From Squalus acanthias (lineage: Eukaryota): a stretch of DNA of 64,000 nt. Below, in pieces: positions 14,570 to 26,378 of the stretch (positions are counted from its first letter, which is position 1; every line of letters starts with the position of its first letter). A program made the translations under genes and the position numbers. Under the pieces are notes generated by a model. The model was not told the origin of the DNA. It ran no database searches and saw only the letters and a program-made list of their open reading frames with translations. The stretch spans positions 74,836,001-74,900,000 of the forward strand of contig CM059432.1 in NCBI GenBank assembly GCA_030390025.1. The letters are read 5' to 3'.

Positions 14570-14790
14570 ATAAATGGGTTACAGTCTGTACCTGTCCATG
14601 ACATTTTAATGATCTACATACATGGACCCTCAAGTCTCTTTGGAGACTCCACTGTTTCTAGCTTGTCACCATTTAGAAAGTACTCTATTCTATCCTTTTT
14701 AGGTCCAAAGTTAATGACCTCACATTTGCCTACATTGAAATCCATTTGCCACAATTTTGCCCATTCGCTTAATCTATTTATATCTGTTCG
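14570..14790 (-). mobile_element. Degenerate CR1 RT fragment
   Basis: ACCTCACATTTGCCTACATTGAAATCCATTTGCCAC is the antisense of a WQMxFNV.KCEV motif. Confidence 0.6.
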
Positions 14791-15709
14791 GATCTATTAC
14801 TATCTCGTTGGATCTATTACTATTTCTTTAATGAAGAGTAGACATGTAATGGTCAAACAGATAAACATATGCACCCAAAGGTCAGAACAGCACAAGGATT
14901 CAGAAGGCCTCCTGACTAACGGCAAGTCTGTAGTGTTCCTAGGTGTTTCAGGCTGTCGTGTTGACATTCTCCTGAAATTGCTTCTTTTTGTAAATCTCTA
15001 GAGAAACTGTCTCCAGACAGTTATATTGTTCCCAATACAGAATGGATCCAACTATAACTTCACATGGCGCAGTTTCTACCTCTAGTGAGCTGGGCTGCAA
15101 CAAATCTACGCAGGCCTCTTTGCCCATCGCTGAAACAAACAGAGAGAAATTAAATGTTTAACCCGCCACATTCACCTTGCTCACGGTTCCATATGACACA
15201 TTTACTTCCTTTTCCCAATGCTTGAGTCAGTTTGGTGTGTGGCTATTTTCCAGGAATGTTTTATGCAAAGCCTGCGAGAGATATGACACAGACTTACTGA
15301 CCTTTGTGCTGGCATGCAGGGCAGGTTGGTGTCCAGTTCAGAGACAAAGGCCTGGATTTTAAACCAAACCCCCCTTGATGGGTGGGAGAGGGTTGGGTGG
15401 GGAGTTAAAAGTGCGGCATTTGAGTAACCCACCCCACGCTCCATCCCCGTCTTCAGGTTAGAGAGTGGGGGAATAGAATGCGGTGGGGCCACTCATTGAG
15501 GGAGAAAAATACACATTCTTATCAGAGTGACAATCCCCAACACACTTTAGTATCAAAATAAAATGTATTTTCTTTTCTTTCACAACACAGAGGAATTTAA
15601 TTTCAACATTTCTTACAACTGCGAATGAAAAGGCCTCAGCTACATTTTCCATGTTGGAGGCAGCCAGCATCGATCGTGGCACAATTGCACCTTTGGTCAT
15701 GACTCAGAT

Positions 15710-16511
15710 GGGTGGGGGAGAAGGGGGATGGAGAGAGAGGAAGAGGGGGAGGGCAAGAGGGGGAGAGGGTAGGGCAAGGGCAAGAGGGGGAGGGGAAGAG
15801 GGGGAGCGCAAGAGGGGGAGGGAGGGAGGGGAGGGGGGAGGGGAAAGAGAGGGGGAGGGGGGAGAGGAAGAGAGAGGGAGGGGAAGAGGGGGAAGAGGGA
15901 GAGAGAGGGAGAGAGAGGGAGGGGGAGATGGGGAGAGGGGGAGGGCAAGAGGGGGAGAGAGGGAGGGCAAGAGGGGGAGGGACGGGAAGAGGGGGGAGAG
16001 AGAGAGGGGGAGAGGGGGAGAGGGGGCGGGGGAAGAGGGGGGAGAGAGGGAGGGCAAGAGGGGGAGAGAGGGAGGGGAGAGAGGGAAGGGGAGAGGGGGA
16101 GGGGAGGAGAAGGGGGAGGGGAGAGGGGGAGAGGGGGAGGCGAAGAGGGGGAGAGGGGAGGGCAAGAGGGGAGGGGGAGGGGAAGAAGGGGCAGGGCAAG
16201 AAGGGAGAGGGAGGGGAAGGGGAAGGGGGGAGAGGGGCAGGTCGAGGGGAAGAGGGGGGAGAGGGAGAGGGGGAGAGGGGGAGGGCAAGAAGGGGAGGGG
16301 AAGAAGGGGGAGAGGGAGGGGGAGGGGGAGAGGGAGGGGAAGAGGGAGAAGGGGGAGGGGAGGGGGAGAGGGGGAGGGCAAGAAGGGGGAGGGAAGAAGG
16401 AGGAGAGGGAGGGAGAGGGGGAGGGGAGGGGGAGAGGGGGGCAAGAGGGCAAGAGGGGGAGGGGAAGAGGGGGAGGGGGAGAGAGAGAGGGGGGAGAGGG
16501 GGAGAGGGGGA
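15710..16511. repeat. ~800-bp polypurine/polypyrimidine (G/A) tract
   Basis: Almost only G and A on +, with many G4-G6 runs and a recurring GGGAGGGCAAGAGGGGG unit. Confidence 0.95.
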
Positions 16512-16696
16512 GCCCTGACATGCCGATGCTGCTGGTGGAGAGGGTGGAATGGGTTACTGTGGCCCCAGCCTGCCGATGTGATTATTGCGATGCACTGAGT
16601 GTGAGTGCCGTTGGTCTGTCCGTCATCGCCCCCTCGCCCCTTGCCCCCTGCCCTTTGCAGGACGGGCTGCTGGCTCTGGGTCCGGGTCACCTCGGA

Positions 16697-17146
16697 TCAT
16701 CAATACCAATAACAGCCTCCGGGGGGCGGTGGGGGATCACACAGCGACCCTCCCCGTCGGATTCTCCCGGCCAGCCCGTCACACACATCCACCCCCTGTC
16801 CCCGGAGAGCACCCTCCCCACACAGAGCCCCCTCAACTCTTGATTCACCCTTCCCACACTCACAGCGAGCTGTCAGTCGACCATGCAGCAGCACATCCTC
16901 GCCTCTCGCTGACTGATTCTGGTGGATTGGTGGCCCCGCTGTCGCGTCACTCACAGGCCGGCCTTGCTCTGCTTTTGACCGTTACTCTTTCCGGAACAAT
17001 CGCACCACCGCCATCTTTACGCTGTTTCCGTTTTTCGCAGGATGCATGCATGGCTCGGAAGAGGCTGCAGTCGCTGAAGATGCCGTCACGGCAAAATAAC
17101 TGGAACTGTGCATGCGCGAGAAATTAGTTTCATTGTCTGGAAACAC
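16697..17146 (-). promoter_or_regulatory. CpG-rich promoter/first-exon-like module, copy B
   Basis: Read on the minus strand: NRF1-like GCGCATGCAC (~17109-17118), CGGAAA, YY1-like AAGATGGCGG (~17008-17017), then GTGAGT donor-like sites. Homologous to copy A. Confidence 0.5.
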
Positions 17147-17638
17147 AACCAAAGAAACAGAAATGAAAGGCTCCAGTCCAGAACGGCAGCCAAAGCGCCC
17201 ACACAAATGGAAACAGGGAAACTGAAGTTACATAGGCGTGGTCACATAACAAGTTTAGGACAGATAGGCCCTGGTAAGTAACCAAAAGCTATTGGAAGGG
17301 TTGAATATTGGAGGATGTACTGCTGGAGGTATTTCCATAAGAATGAAGAGCCAGGAAGTGTGCAGAATCGATCATGGGGTATAAAAACGGTGGAGAACTT
17401 GGAGGTCACTATAAGATCCAGAAGTGGGAGAGAAATGGACTACAGGGCAGGAAAATCAATTTCTGACTAGGAAACACACTGCAGCAAAATAAAGCTGAAA
17501 AAACAGTAGTACAGAGTCACGTGGACTTGACGACAGAAAATACAGATTTAGAATCATAGAATCATAGAATGTTTACAGCACAGAAGGAGGCCATTCGGCC
17601 CGTCGAGCCCATGCCGGCTCTCTGCAAGAGCGCTTCAG

Positions 17639-20460
17639 CTAGTCCCACACCCCCGCCCTTTCCCTGTAGCCCTGCAAATTTTTTTCCTTCAGGTACTTAT
17701 CCAATTCCCTTTTGAAAGCCACGATTGAATCTGCCTCCACCACCCTCTCAGGCAGTGCATTCCAGATCCTAACCACTCGCTGCATAAAAAGGTTTCTCCT
17801 CATGTCGCCTTTGGTCCTTCTGCCAATCACCTTAAATCTGTGTCCTCTGGTTCTCAACCCTTCCGCCAATGGGAACAGTTTCCCTCTATCTACTCTGTCC
17901 AGACCCCTCATGATTTTGAACACCTCTGTCAAATCTCCTCTCAATCTTTTCTGCTCTAAGGAGAACAACCCCAGTTTCTGCAGTCTATCCACGTAACTGA
18001 AGTCCCTCATCCCTGGAACCATTCTCGTAATCTTTTCTGCACCCTCCCTAAGGCCTTCACATCCTTCCTAAAGTGCGGTGCCCAGAATTGGACACAATAC
18101 TCCAGTTGAGGCCGAATCAGTGTTTTATAGAGGTTCATCATAACTTCCTTGCTTTTATACTCTATGCCTCTATTTATGAAGCCCAGGATCCCATATGATT
18201 TTTTAATCACTTTCTCAACCTGCCCTGACACCTTCAACAATTTGTGCACATATACCCCCAGGCCTCTCTGTTCATGCACCCCCTTTAGAATTGTACCCTT
18301 TAGTATATATTGCTTCTCCTCGTTCTTCCTACCAAAATGTATCACTTTGTACTTTTCTGCGTTAAATTTCATCTGCCACATGTCCGCCCATTCCACCAGT
18401 CTGTCTATGTCTTCTTGAAGTCTATCACTATCCCTCTCACTGTTCACTATACTTCCAAGTTTTGTGTCATCTGCAAATTTTGAAATTGTGCCCTGTACAC
18501 CCAAGTCCAAGTCATTAATATATATCAAGAAAAGCAGAGGTCCTAGTACTGATCCCTGGGGAACACCACTGTATACTTTCCTCCAGTCCGCAAAACAACC
18601 GTTCACCACTACACTCTGTTTCCTGTCGCTTAGCCAATTTTGTATTCATGCTGCCGCTGTCCCTTTTATTCCATGGGCTTCAACTTTGCCGGCATGCCAA
18701 TTATGTGGCATTTCATCAAACGCCTTTTGGAAGTCCATGTACACCACATCAATCGCATTACCTCATGAACCCTCTCTGTTACCTCATCAAAAAACGCAAT
18801 CAAGTTAGTTAAACACAATTTGCCTTTAACAAATCCATGCTGGCTTTGCTTAATTAATCCATAATTGTCCAAGTGACTGTTAATTTTGTCCCGGATTATC
18901 GTTTCTAAAAGCTTCCCCACTACCGAGGTTAAACTGATTGGCCTGTAGTTGCTGGGTTTATCCTTACACCCTTTTTTTGAACAAGGGTGTAACATTTGCA
19001 ATTCTCCGGTCTTCTGGCACCACCCCCGTATCTAAGGAGGATTGGAAGATTATGGTCAGTACCTCCACAATTTCCACCTTTACTTCCCTCAGCATCTTAG
19101 GAAGCATCCCATTCGGTCCTGGTGACTTATCTACCTTAAGTACAGCCAGCCTTTCTAGTACCTCTTCCTTTTTATCCCATCCAGTATCTCAACTACCTCC
19201 CCTTTTACTATGACTTTGGCAGCTTCTTCTTCCTTGGTAAAGACAGATGCGAAGTACTCATTTAGTACCTCAGCCATGCCCTCTGCCTCCATGCATAGGT
19301 TTCCATTTTGGTCCCTAATCGGCCCCACCCCTCTCTTACTACCCGTTTACTATTTATATGCCTATAGAAGACTTTTGGATTCTCTTTTATGTTAGCTGCC
19401 AATCTATTCTCATACTCTCTATTTGCCCTTTGCCCCTCTTATTTCCTTTTTCACTTTCTATATATAGCCTGATTCTCACTTGTATTCTCAGCCTGACATC
19501 TGTCATACACCCCCTTTTTCTGCTTCATCTTACTCTCTATCTATTTCGTCATCCAGGGAGCTCTGGCTTTGGTTGCCCTACCTTTCCCCCTCATGGGAAT
19601 GTATCTCGACTGTACCCGAACCATCTCCTCTTTAAAGGTAGCCCATTGTTCGATTACAGTTTTGCCAGCCAATCTTTGATTCCAATTTACCCAGGCCAGA
19701 TCCATTCTCAACCCACTGAAATAGGCTTTCCTCCAATTAAGTATTTTTACTCTAGATTGCTCCCTGTCCTTTTCCATAGCTAGTTTAAACCTTATGATAC
19801 TGCAATCACTGTTCCCTAAATGTTCCCCTACTGACATTTGCTCTACTTGACCCACCTCATTCCCCTGAACCAGATCCAGCAATGCCTCCTTCCTCGTTGG
19901 GCCGGAAACGTACTGATCAAGAAAGTTCTCCTGAACACACTTCCGAAATTCTTCCCCCTCTCTGACCTTTACACTATTACTAACCCAGTCTATATTAGGA
20001 AAGTTGAAGTCCCCCATTATCACTACTCTATAGTGCTTGCATCTCTCTGTAATTTCCCTGCAAATTTGCTCCTCTATATCCTTCCCACTAGTTGGTGGTC
20101 TATGGAATACACCTAGTAGTGTAATGGCACCTCTATTGTTTCTCAACTCTAACCAAATAGATTCTGTCCTTGATCCCTCCAGGACATCCAGCACTGTAAT
20201 ATTCTCCTCAATCAAGAATACTGCCACCCCACCTCATTTCTTTCCTTCCCTATCTTTCCTGAACACGTTATATCCAGGAATATTTAGTACCCAATCCTGC
20301 CCTTTTTTGAGCCAGGTCTCCATTATCGCCACAACATCATATTCCCATGTGTCTATTTGCGCCTGCAGCTCACCAACCTTATTTACCACACTTTGTGCGT
20401 TTACACACATGAACTGTAAACCTATCTTAGACCTTCTTGTATTCTCTCTTAGTCTGACCC
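17639..20460 (-). pseudogene. CR1 ORF2 (endonuclease-reverse transcriptase), frameshifted and internally deleted
   Basis: Split across ORFs 20234-20521, 19541-20227, 18666-19001, 18007-18609 and 17639-18022. Confidence 0.9.
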
Positions 20461-21474
20461 CACCTAATACCGTACTATTTCTTACTCTAGTGCTATCTGT
20501 CTCTCCCAATCCTTTGTGCACCTTGTTTCTCCTTTCTAATGCTACATCCTGGTGCCCGTCCCCCTGCCAAATTAGTTTAAACCCTCCCCAACAGCACTAG
20601 CAAACCTCCCCCCCCCCCGCCCCCCGCAAAGACGTTGGTCCCAGCTCTGTTGAGATGCAACCTGTCCGGCCTGTACAGGTCCCACCTCCCCCAGAACCGG
20701 TCCCAATGTCCCAGGAATCTAAAGCCCTCCCTCCTGCACCATCTCTCCAGCCACGCATTCATCTGCTCTATCCTCCTATTTCTATACTCACTAGCTCGTG
20801 GCACCAGGAATAATCCGGAGATTACTACCTTTGAGGTCCTGCTTTTTAATCTCTTTCCTAGCTCCCTAAAGTCTGCCTGCAGGACCTCATCCCTCTTTCT
20901 ACCTATGTCGTTGATACCGATATGGACCATGACCTCTGACTGTTCACCATCCCCCTCAGAATGTTCTGCAGCTGCTCAGTGATATCCTTGACCCTGACAT
21001 CAGGGAGGCAACGTACCATCCTGGAATTACGTCTGCGGCCGCAGAAACGCCTGTCTGTTCCCCTAACTATAGAATCTCCTATCACTATTGCTTTCCCGAT
21101 CTTCCTCCTCCCCCCCCCCTGTACAGCTGAGTCACACGTGGTGCCATGGACTTGGCTGTGGCTGTACTCCCCAGAGGAACCAAATGCCCTCACCAGTATT
21201 CAGTACTGAATACTGGTTGGAAAGCGAGATGCACTCAGGGGACTCCTGCACTACTTACCTGGTCCTCCTTGTCTGTCTGATGGTCACCCATTCCCTCTCT
21301 GCCTGCACACTCTTACGCTGTGGGGTGACCACCTCCTGAAACGTGCTATCCATGTAGCTCTCAGCCTCATGGATGCACCGTAGTGACGCCAGCTGCTGCT
21401 TAAGTTCCGAAATCTGGAGCTTGAGCTCCTCCAGCTGACGACACTTCCTGCACATGTGATTGTCCAGGACACGG

Positions 21475-21587
21475 TTCAAGAAGGCGGCTCACCATCACCT
21501 TCTCAAGAGCAACTAGGGATGGGCAATAAATGCTGGCATTGCCAGCGACGCCCTGATCCCATAAACGAATAAAAAAAACTAAAAAAA
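21475..21587 (+). mobile_element. 5'-truncated retroelement 3' end with poly(A), inserted in the CR1 ORF1 zinc finger
   Basis: Ends ...CCCATAAACGAATAAAAAAAACTAAAAAAA and is flanked by ACACGG (21469-21474 and 21588-21593). A related antisense copy lies at ~39980-40045. Confidence 0.8.
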
Positions 21588-22878
21588 ACACGGGAAGCGC
21601 CCTGGAGTCCCCACATGGCACAAGATATGCATTCCACGGGACTGAGGTGCCCTGCCATGTCTCTACTTAATAGACTATTGAGTAACTTAATGGAAATAAA
21701 CTTAAGACTTCAAATAAAAACAATCTCCAACTACTCACCAATCAGCTCCTTCCCTGCGCTGATGTCACTTACCTTGCTCCCTGACACTCGCGCTCCCTTG
21801 GGGCTTTTGGGCCTACCTTTATCTGCAGCCGCTCCTCTCGCTCTGCCGCAGGCCCGCTCTCGTGTCTATTATCTTAGAGACCTTGGGTTTTGTTGTTCCA
21901 CACCTCCTTTTCAGTCCAACGTCTCAACCACCTTCCTCCTCTCCACCAAATTCCTGCGCTCACAAAATTCCTGCACTCTGCTTGTGATCCATTCCGTTTG
22001 CAATCTCCCAGCTCTGTCTCCAAGCTCTGTGCTACTGGTTGGGGTTTGGCCAGTGGTGGAAGCCAGATTTTAGTATGCTCCGGGGAAGGCACAAGTAACA
22101 TTAAACTTGAACTTGTAGTTAGGCTAAAATACATCCATTATTAGAGGCAGAGGAACTAAAACAGTGCCAGAGAGGAGATTGGGGGCGAAAGGGCAAAGGA
22201 TGGCGACGGATAGCCAAGGATGCAGATCCAGAGCAAAGGAGGAAACCAGCCTAAGAGCCATATAAACCTCTCACAAATAACATTAAAAATTCTGAAAACA
22301 AGTACAATAAACAGTAGCTAATGCTCAAGTGCTCACATTTAAAGCAAATTTTCCGCTTTAAAGATAGCGGGCTAAAAATTCAATTGTGTAGCGCCCGTTG
22401 TTTAGGCATTACAGGTGCCGTTTTGGGTTGAAAATGGCATCCGAGCTACGTGCACAATTCTGGTGCGTGCCGTGCCGGATGCCACCTTGGTGAGGGCGGT
22501 AGCGTTGGCGCTGGGAGCATGTGTCAGAAGTATGTAGAGTAGGCAGATCATGACGTCAATCAGTGTGCAATGCTGATTTGACACCAGCACTGCCATTTTC
22601 ATCCTCAATGCTGGAAGTAATGGCCTGTGTTAACCTCACACAGCTGAACATGCATTCAGTAGCTGCAAGGACCCCCGACCAGCGATATTTAAAGGGATCA
22701 TCAACCACTCTCAGGTGAGTTGGTGATTAATTTCTACTGGCTCTGTGCAAGTTCGTGGAGGCGTTTGGAGCTTTCTAGAGTTATTTAAAATTGGTCAGGT
22801 GACAGGGAGTGCTGCTGCAAGTGGAGAAGGCCTTGCTTCTGACTTCAAAGGTTCTGGTCAGACCACTTGCTCCCAGTC

Positions 22879-23520
22879 ATGGGTTCTCTAGTTGTCATCT
22901 CCATTGGGATCCTTCCAGGCAGGAGGAGGCGACAGCTGTAGCATCTCCCAGTTCGCTGTCCACTGCTGCATAAGAAGGTGATAGACGCTCTTTATGCCAG
23001 GAGAGGGAACTTCATTGTCTTTTCTTTGACCAGAGAGAAGCAGGCGGTGCGTGCACGTGGCTTTGCCAGGATAGCGGACTTCCCCATGGTGCAGGCTGTT
23101 CCCTGAGTCTTTCAGCCACCAAGACAAACCAGAGGTTGGCTACTGGGTGACATGGGCTATCCGCTGACCACCTGGCTCATGACTGCGCTCCACAACCCGA
23201 CCAAACATGGGCAGCATACATACAATGAGAGAAATGCTGCCACACAGAATCTGATAAAACAGAGCATTGGTGTCCTTAAACAACGCTTCCGCTGCCTGGA
23301 CCGCTCTGGAGAGGGCCTGCACTACTCACCAGAATGCATCTCAAGATTTGTCGTGGTCTGCTGCATATTCCACAACCTTGCCAATATGAGGGCCCAGCCC
23401 TTGCCACCAGGCATACGGCGACCAGCTGAGGAGCAGGAAGAGGAGGAAGCGGAAGGGAGGAGGCAACCCAGACAGCCCCTTTCTGTCCAGGCTCTCCGTG
23501 ATCGACTCATCCGAGTGAAT
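22879..23520 (+). pseudogene. Harbinger transposase remnant with two internal deletions
   Basis: GSFQ, ISQFAVHCCI, GFPMVQ, WLLGDMGYP, IGVLKQRFRCLD and CCIFHN are present. The GAIDCTH...HD segment is missing. Confidence 0.85.
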
Positions 23521-23709
23521 GCAACCCAAATTCCCCATTCAACAATCGGCCCACACCTTAGCTTTCCTCTATTACTGACCATCACACCATCCTCTTGGCC
23601 ACAATGCTGAAATAAAAGCCACCACAAAAGAAACATTCCAATCCAACTTTATACACAAATCCATTCAATATAACCTAACAAAGTCAACTAATCACCCTTG
23701 TACATTCCC

Positions 23710-25559
23710 TTAGTGCCTGTCTCAGTATGCCTTTGCCTGTCCTAGTGCTCCTACAAAGTGCTACCCCAGTGGCTGCAGCATGTCTGGTGGCAGGCTGCTC
23801 GACTTTCAGTGCAGGAGACTGCGGTTGGCCTTGCAGGACGAACTCCAGCAGCTCTGGGCCTAGAAGGCCCCACTTCAGACTACATCACCTCAGCATGAGC
23901 GGCAGCAGTCCAGGCTGTCTGGCTGACCGGCAACAGCAAGGGCACTGGCGGAGTGACAGTGGTGGGAGGATGAATGCTGTCCTCCTGAGAGAGGACAGCA
24001 GATTCTTCCTCCACGGAGCCATTGCCACTCCCCCAGGGCGGCGCCTCAGCAATCCTAGTAATCTGTTGGAGCAAGCCCCTTTCCACACTGGTAAACGCAG
24101 CCACGATGGCAGCAGTCTGAGCTTGTGTGGCAACAAGCTGAGCCTGCATGAGTGCAGTCTGAGCTTCCACTGCAGCACGCAGACGTAGGATGCTTTGTGC
24201 TTGTGCTGCAATAGAAGCTGAGACATCAGCCATTAGACACTGTATGATGATTGGGTCCACATGTGTGCTAATGGATCTGCCCACCCCTTCCATGCTGGAA
24301 AGGATGGGCTCCAAGCTCTACGCAAAGCCCTGTGCAAGGTTGGTGCCGGACTCCTCCATGCTCTTTGACATTGCACTCAGGCTTTCTGGCAGGCCTGCCA
24401 ATGCACCTAGCAATTCGTTGTGCATTCCCATCAGTGTTCTTCTGTAGGCCGCTCCATCGAAGTCCTCATCTGAGTCCTCTGGAGTAGAACTCGTGTGCGA
24501 CCTCACCTTCCAGGGAGCTGGCACCTGCGCTACCCTTTACCCCTGCCCTGGCTGCAGCCCATGTGCCCGGTGACTCACCATGTGCAGATCCTACCTTGAA
24601 GCTACCCTCTAAACTCCATGCAGTGCCAGTATCTGAGCTGGTGGCTGTGAGTGTCAGATCTAGTGATGGTGTTTCTTCTTCTTCATCACTCTCCTCTCCC
24701 TCTTCTTCTTCAACCATTGGTTGGGCAGGTTGGATTTCTTGGATCTCTGACATGAGAAAGGCACAAAGGTCGGGTTGTTGTGAGGGGAGGGAGGAAAGCA
24801 AGAGGTATATGTTTACACCACGTGCAGCTTGTAAATCAGAAGAGATTGTAGGATGAGGGGGAAGTGGGATGTGAGAAGGAGGATAACGTATGAGGATACC
24901 GGCATCTTGTACTCTTTCAACACTGTCACTGGCCACAGCCATGTCCCTCTCAAGAATGGCCAGCATCGTCCCCTCCATGGGGGTGAGCTGATGCAGGCGA
25001 GCCTGTCTCCACTGTTTAGGTCCAGCTGGTGCCGATTATGCGCCACCTTTTCCTGCAAGAGAAAGGGAAGTGTGTCAGTGAGTCTGGTGCAATGTGTTTG
25101 GGTGATGTGCCTGTCATGGTTGAATAGTTGACAGTGTGTGCAAACTGTGAGATATGAGTGTGAGGCTTGCAGCAGTGGTAACTGTGTGAGGGTGAGATGG
25201 AGCATGGAAATGTGAGGTATGAGTTGGTAGGTAAATGATGGGGGTGTGGTGAATTGAGCAGTGTGTGAGGCTGGTGGTGCAGTTTGTGAGATATGGCATT
25301 TGAAGATGAATTCACTGAGCTTGACCATACGTGTGAGGTCATTAAACTTCTTCCTGCACTGCGTCCAGGTCCTCAGGGCCACACTGCTGGCATTCACCAC
25401 AGTGGCTATCTGCTCCCACTCTACTTTGCTCTGTTGCCTGGCGGGCCTCCTGGCTCCACGTGGAAAGAGGACCTCTCTCTTCCTATTCACCTCCTCCACC
25501 AAGGCCTCCAGTGCTGCATTGGAGAACCTTGGTGCACACTCTTGCCCCTGTTATGCCAT
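23710..25559 (-). pseudogene. Harbinger Myb/SANT-like DNA-binding gene remnant (3 exons)
   Basis: PRFSNAALEALVEEV...LFP...W..IA..VN...RTWTQCRKKFNDL. TAA at codon 3, exon-1 donor mutated (AAG|CTCAGT), frameshifts in exon 3. Confidence 0.8.
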
Positions 25560-25952
25560 CATTAATAGTTCCTTTCCAAAGTCTCCCTCTTCCAGTTCAC
25601 CGAGCTGCTGCAGGCAGAAAGCATCTCCCCATTAAGAGGTGCAGACTGCCTTTAAGTAGTGCAGGCTAGCTTTAATTGGTGCTCGCCTCACATGAACTTG
25701 GGCCCCCTGCTGAGCGGTCAGCCACTCAACGATGCATTCAGCGCTGGGCTGAATGCCACAATCATGGAAAAGAGCAAGGCAGCACAAAGTTTGCATACTG
25801 CCTGCTGTCCTCTGAACGGGCACAAGTCGATCGCGCATCGCGATCCCCACGCCCATTTTTAGGGGCAAACAAATTTCTTGGTCTCTTGTCTAGACATTCT
25901 TGGTGGAGTCTCCAACACAAAGGTTTTAAAGATTGCGCAGAATAAAAGTAGG

Positions 25953-26212
25953 TATGCGCATGCCTGACGGCGTTACCGCGCATGCCTGATGACGTTACCA
26001 CATAAGATTGGAAGTGCGCATGCTTGAGAAATTCGGCCGATTTGCACATGCACGAACCCAGCCTGGTAGAGCCTGTCAAAGGAGGACGCATGCCTGATGA
26101 CTTCAATGCATGGACGTTGAACTGCACATGCATGAACTCGAGCACATACGCAAACGTCGGCCAATGCGTGCATGCGCGAACTTGGGCCAGAGTTGTGCAT
26201 GTGCCAAACGCG
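25953..26212. promoter_or_regulatory. Cluster of ~9 GCGCATGC/GCACATGC (NRF1-like) motifs
   Basis: TGCGCATGCC, CGCGCATGCC, TGCGCATGCT, GCACATGCAC, ACGCATGCC, GCACATGCAT, GTGCATGCGCG and GTGCATGTGC within 260 bp. Confidence 0.55.
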
Positions 26213-26244
26213 TTTCACTTTGTTGGCAGGACTCACTCTGTTGC

Positions 26245-26378
26245 TTAAAACCTGTCACATCTCTAGCCCTTTCCAATTCTGATGAAAGGTCATCTACCTG
26301 AAACATTAACTCTGTTTCTCTTTCCACAGATGCTGCCTGACCTGCTGAGTATTTCCAGCATTTTCTGTTTTTATTTTA
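26245..26378 (+). mobile_element. Penelope-like terminal repeat fragment with decayed minimal hammerhead
   Basis: CTGATGA-AAGGTCATCTACCT-GAAAC-ATTAACT followed by CACAGATGCTGCCTGACCTGCTGAG...CCAGCATTTTCTGTTTTTATT. Confidence 0.65.

Larger units (their letters stand above)
17548..21860 (-). mobile_element. Near full-length CR1 LINE (ORF1 Zn-finger + SGNH esterase; ORF2 APE + RT), disrupted
   Basis: ORF1 motifs IVIGDSIV, VHIGINDIG, DRLHLN, CRKC. ORF2 motifs ETWL, MGDFNFPNIDW, NYRPISLTS, GVPQGSVLGP, KFADDTK. 3' tail (ATTCTATG)n at ~17548-17572. The 5' boundary is approximate. Confidence 0.95.
22369..25883 (+). mobile_element. Degenerate PIF/Harbinger transposon (element H3)
   Basis: Left TIR GGGCTAAAAATT and decayed right TIR AATTTCTTGGTC. 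Transposase remnant on +, Myb/SANT remnant on -, convergent. Confidence 0.85.

Noticed and set aside
15636..16690. Gly/Arg/Glu-rich and Pro/Ser/Leu-rich ORFs up to 328 aa
   Set aside because: The purine tract lacks stops in all six frames. No domain signal.
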